A stretch of DNA of 56,924 bases from a virus (lineage: Duplodnaviria; Caudoviricetes): the IMG/VR virus record IMGVR_UViG_3300045781_000081, positions 1 through 56,924 of that record. One strand, 5' to 3'. A program made the position numbers and the translations under genes. The notes under the pieces were generated by a model. The model saw only the letters and a program-made list of their open reading frames with translations, was not told where the DNA came from and did not search any database. Of this stretch, positions 54,561 to 56,924 are shown piece after piece; the stretch's first letter is position 1, and each line of letters opens with the position of its first letter.

Positions 54561-55709
54561 ATGAGTCATAAACATGCTTTACTTTCTCCATCAGGAGCAA
54601 GCCGTTGGGTTGCTTGTCCGGGGAGTGTGCAAATGTGTCAGCAATTCCCCGAACAAGGACGTTCAGAGGACGCTGAGTTAGGCACCGCCGTACATTGGGT
54701 CGGTAGCGAAGCGTTGGAGGGTAAACCGATGCCCGTTCCCGGCGCGGTATCACCTAACGGCATTGTGATCACCCTGGAGATGGTCGAGTGCGCAGGCGTC
54801 TACGTGCAGGCGGCTATCCAAGGTGCGCAGGGTGCGGCGATTTACGCCGTCGAGCAGCATATGGTTATCAGCCGGGTGCACCCGGAATGCCACGGTACGC
54901 CGGACTTGCGCTACTGGTTACCGACTCCTAACGAACTTCACGTGTGGGATTACAAAAACGGTTTCGGCATTGTCGAGCCGTATGAAAACTGGCAGTTGAT
55001 TTGCTACGCTGCCGGGGCGATTGACGAGGTGGCGGCGTTCACCGGTCAGGAAGTCGGCATTCTCGACCAGCATCTCACCGTCGTGCTCCATATCGTGCAA
55101 CCGCGACCGTTCCACGCGCTCGGCCCGATCCGCGAATGGCGGGTCAAGGCAAGCGACCTGCGGGCACACATCAATCGACTGACACATTCGGCTACGCTGG
55201 CGCTCCAGCAGCAGGCCGCGTGTACCAGCGGCGAGCACTGTCGTTACTGCAACGGTCGCCGGGGTTGCCCGACGCTCCAGCACGCCGCGATGATTGCGGT
55301 GGACTATACGTGCAGCACTTCCGCGTGTCAGCTCTCACCGGCAGCACTGGCAATCGAGTTGCGGACCCTCCAGCGGTGCGCCGAGTTGGTCAAGGCACGC
55401 CTCACTGGTATGGAACAGCAGGCCATGGGGATCATCAAAAGCGGCACTTCTGTGCCCGGTTTCGTCCTGGAGGTGGGCAAGGGTAGGCCCGTCTGGAAAA
55501 AGCCCGTTGGAGAGGTACTGGCGCTCGGCCAAATGCTAGGTAAGAACTTCGCCGCACCCCAGGAAGCAGTCACACCAGCGGTCGCAAAACGCATGGGACT
55601 TGACGACGAGCTTCTGGCGCTCTACAGCGAGACGCCGAGCAACGGTTTCAAACTGGTTCCCAACGATAAATCCCGCATCGCGTCGGTATTCGGTTCACAG
55701 GCAACTTAA
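53922..55709 (+). CDS. GIY-YIG endonuclease fused in frame to Cas4-like exonuclease (DUF2800-type; internal start at 54561)
   Basis: HALLSPS.A.RW..CPGS, GT.D, DYK.G, QL..YA, C.YC.....CP. Confidence 0.88.
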   Translation: MIIYKATNLVNGKVYVGQTMQPLSVRLHSHKRSKHPFGSAIRKYGMLNFDVVIIDRANGRFCLNSKESFWIDFYKCMAPSGYNLTSGGDAPTEISDETRIKLSVATTKRMASPEARAKVSAVHSGKVVSLTTRAKMSIIQRNKITTLETRIKMSASQSGRIITPEHRAKLSAAGKNRTQEAQDRITAGLIGRKLSLETRAKISASHLARRKTNMSHKHALLSPSGASRWVACPGSVQMCQQFPEQGRSEDAELGTAVHWVGSEALEGKPMPVPGAVSPNGIVITLEMVECAGVYVQAAIQGAQGAAIYAVEQHMVISRVHPECHGTPDLRYWLPTPNELHVWDYKNGFGIVEPYENWQLICYAAGAIDEVAAFTGQEVGILDQHLTVVLHIVQPRPFHALGPIREWRVKASDLRAHINRLTHSATLALQQQAACTSGEHCRYCNGRRGCPTLQHAAMIAVDYTCSTSACQLSPAALAIELRTLQRCAELVKARLTGMEQQAMGIIKSGTSVPGFVLEVGKGRPVWKKPVGEVLALGQMLGKNFAAPQEAVTPAVAKRMGLDDELLALYSETPSNGFKLVPNDKSRIASVFGSQAT

Positions 55710-55761
55710 CCGCTTGCCGGGTGCGATAACCCGGTGGTTTCACCTCAAGAGGGCATGACAA

Positions 55762-56736
55762 ATGGACATTTTATTTCCACCGGGAAGGATGATCGGCGGC
55801 AATGTTGATAAACTGTTCCCGCGCACCGACAACACCACGAATCAGCCGAAAATCGGCAAAGACGGTAGCCCGGAGATGCAGTGCTCTATCGGGTACGCGA
55901 TCCCCAAGAATCCCGGCGAGCAGGCGTGGTACCAGACCGCGTGGGGCGCTGAGATTTACAAGATCGGCGCGGCAGCTCACCCGAACCTGGTTGCCTCGCC
56001 CGCGTTCTCCTGGAAGATCACGGACGGCGACAGCATGCTCCCCAACAAGAAGGGCAAACGTCCCTGCGACCAGGTAGGGTACCCCGGCCATTGGGTACTG
56101 TGGCTTTCACAGTGGTGGTTGCCGAAACGCGTGAACGCCAACGGCTCGGTTGAACTGCCGGAAGGGTCCATTATCGCCGGGTACTACGTGCAGATTTTCG
56201 GCTCGGTCAACGGTAACAAACTGGTGCAGAACGGCACGCCGGGCGTCTACCTCAATCCCATCGCGGTGGCGCTGGTTGGCGAGGGTGACAAAATCGCCAC
56301 GGACGTTGACACCACGTCGGTTGGTTTCGGCGCGGCTCCCATGCCTGCCGGGGCACGTCCGGTTACCATGGCTGCTCCGCAGTTCGCACCGCCGGTACCG
56401 GGTCAGATGCCCGGCGTGCCGCCTATGCCCGGTCAGATGCCGGCGCCCCCCATGCCGCAACAGCAGTACCAGCAGCCCGTCGCACCGCCGGTACCGGGTC
56501 AGATGCCCGGCGTGCCGGGTCAGGGTTACCCCGCAGGCGGCGTCCAGCCGGCACCCAACTACATGGCACCGCCGGTACCGGATCAGATGCCCGGCACACC
56601 GCCCGTCCCGCCGACTCCCCCTGCACCTGGCCCGCAAATGACGGCGACGGCACAGCAGGCCGGTCTGACTTATGCGGCGCTCAAGGGGAACAACTGGACC
56701 GACGACCAGATGCGCGGCGCGGGGTACATCGTCTGA
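55762..56736 (+). CDS. Single-stranded DNA-binding protein (gp2.5/DUF2815-like) with Pro/Gln tail
   Basis: KI.DGD, GYPGHW, GYYV, PGVYLN; follows the exonuclease. Confidence 0.78.
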   Translation: MDILFPPGRMIGGNVDKLFPRTDNTTNQPKIGKDGSPEMQCSIGYAIPKNPGEQAWYQTAWGAEIYKIGAAAHPNLVASPAFSWKITDGDSMLPNKKGKRPCDQVGYPGHWVLWLSQWWLPKRVNANGSVELPEGSIIAGYYVQIFGSVNGNKLVQNGTPGVYLNPIAVALVGEGDKIATDVDTTSVGFGAAPMPAGARPVTMAAPQFAPPVPGQMPGVPPMPGQMPAPPMPQQQYQQPVAPPVPGQMPGVPGQGYPAGGVQPAPNYMAPPVPDQMPGTPPVPPTPPAPGPQMTATAQQAGLTYAALKGNNWTDDQMRGAGYIV

Positions 56737-56789
56737 CAAGAGGAACTGTGGCAGTTCGATAGCGGTTATTTCTGCGCGGGGGCAGCATT

Positions 56790-56924
56790 TGTAGACGGGC
56801 ACTGCGTCGATGCTGCCCCCATCATCCGGTGGATGATCGGTATGACTGACCAGGAAATTTTACAGACCAAAGCGGCAATGTGGAAAATTACAATGATACT
56901 GTGAGAGGGGGGGGGAGTCATGGG
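56790..56924. repeat. Terminal direct repeat, right copy
   Basis: Matches 1-136. Confidence 0.97.

Overview
The window is a complete, circularly closed (~56.8 kb; ends overlap by ~135 bp) tailed-phage genome with a P22-like podovirus virion module on the minus strand: terminase, portal, scaffold, coat, gp4/gp10-like tail-hub proteins, three ejection proteins, tailspikes and a GH19 lysis cassette. It also has a replication module (family A polymerase, beta-clamp-like protein, PrimPol-SF3 helicase, SF2 helicase, Cas4-like exonuclease, SSB), a PAPS-reductase-family gene, a serine recombinase with an RHH regulator, a tRNA-Gln(UUG), a cluster of small early genes and a nested inverted-repeat origin/packaging-like region. 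Two features stand out. (1) Two ~135-aa miniature paralogs of the phage's own major capsid protein sit beside a GroES homolog upstream of terL; they keep three conserved blocks and delete the E-loop and the whole A/I-domain region. (2) Four probable virion-surface proteins and one peptide carry Sec-type signal peptides, some with added cysteine pairs, suggesting export and assembly outside the cytoplasm. An ATP-grasp ligase plus zincin-like pair and a glycosyltransferase-methyltransferase fusion with a structured RNA leader lie inside the virion operon. All family calls come from motif recognition by eye; no database search was run.
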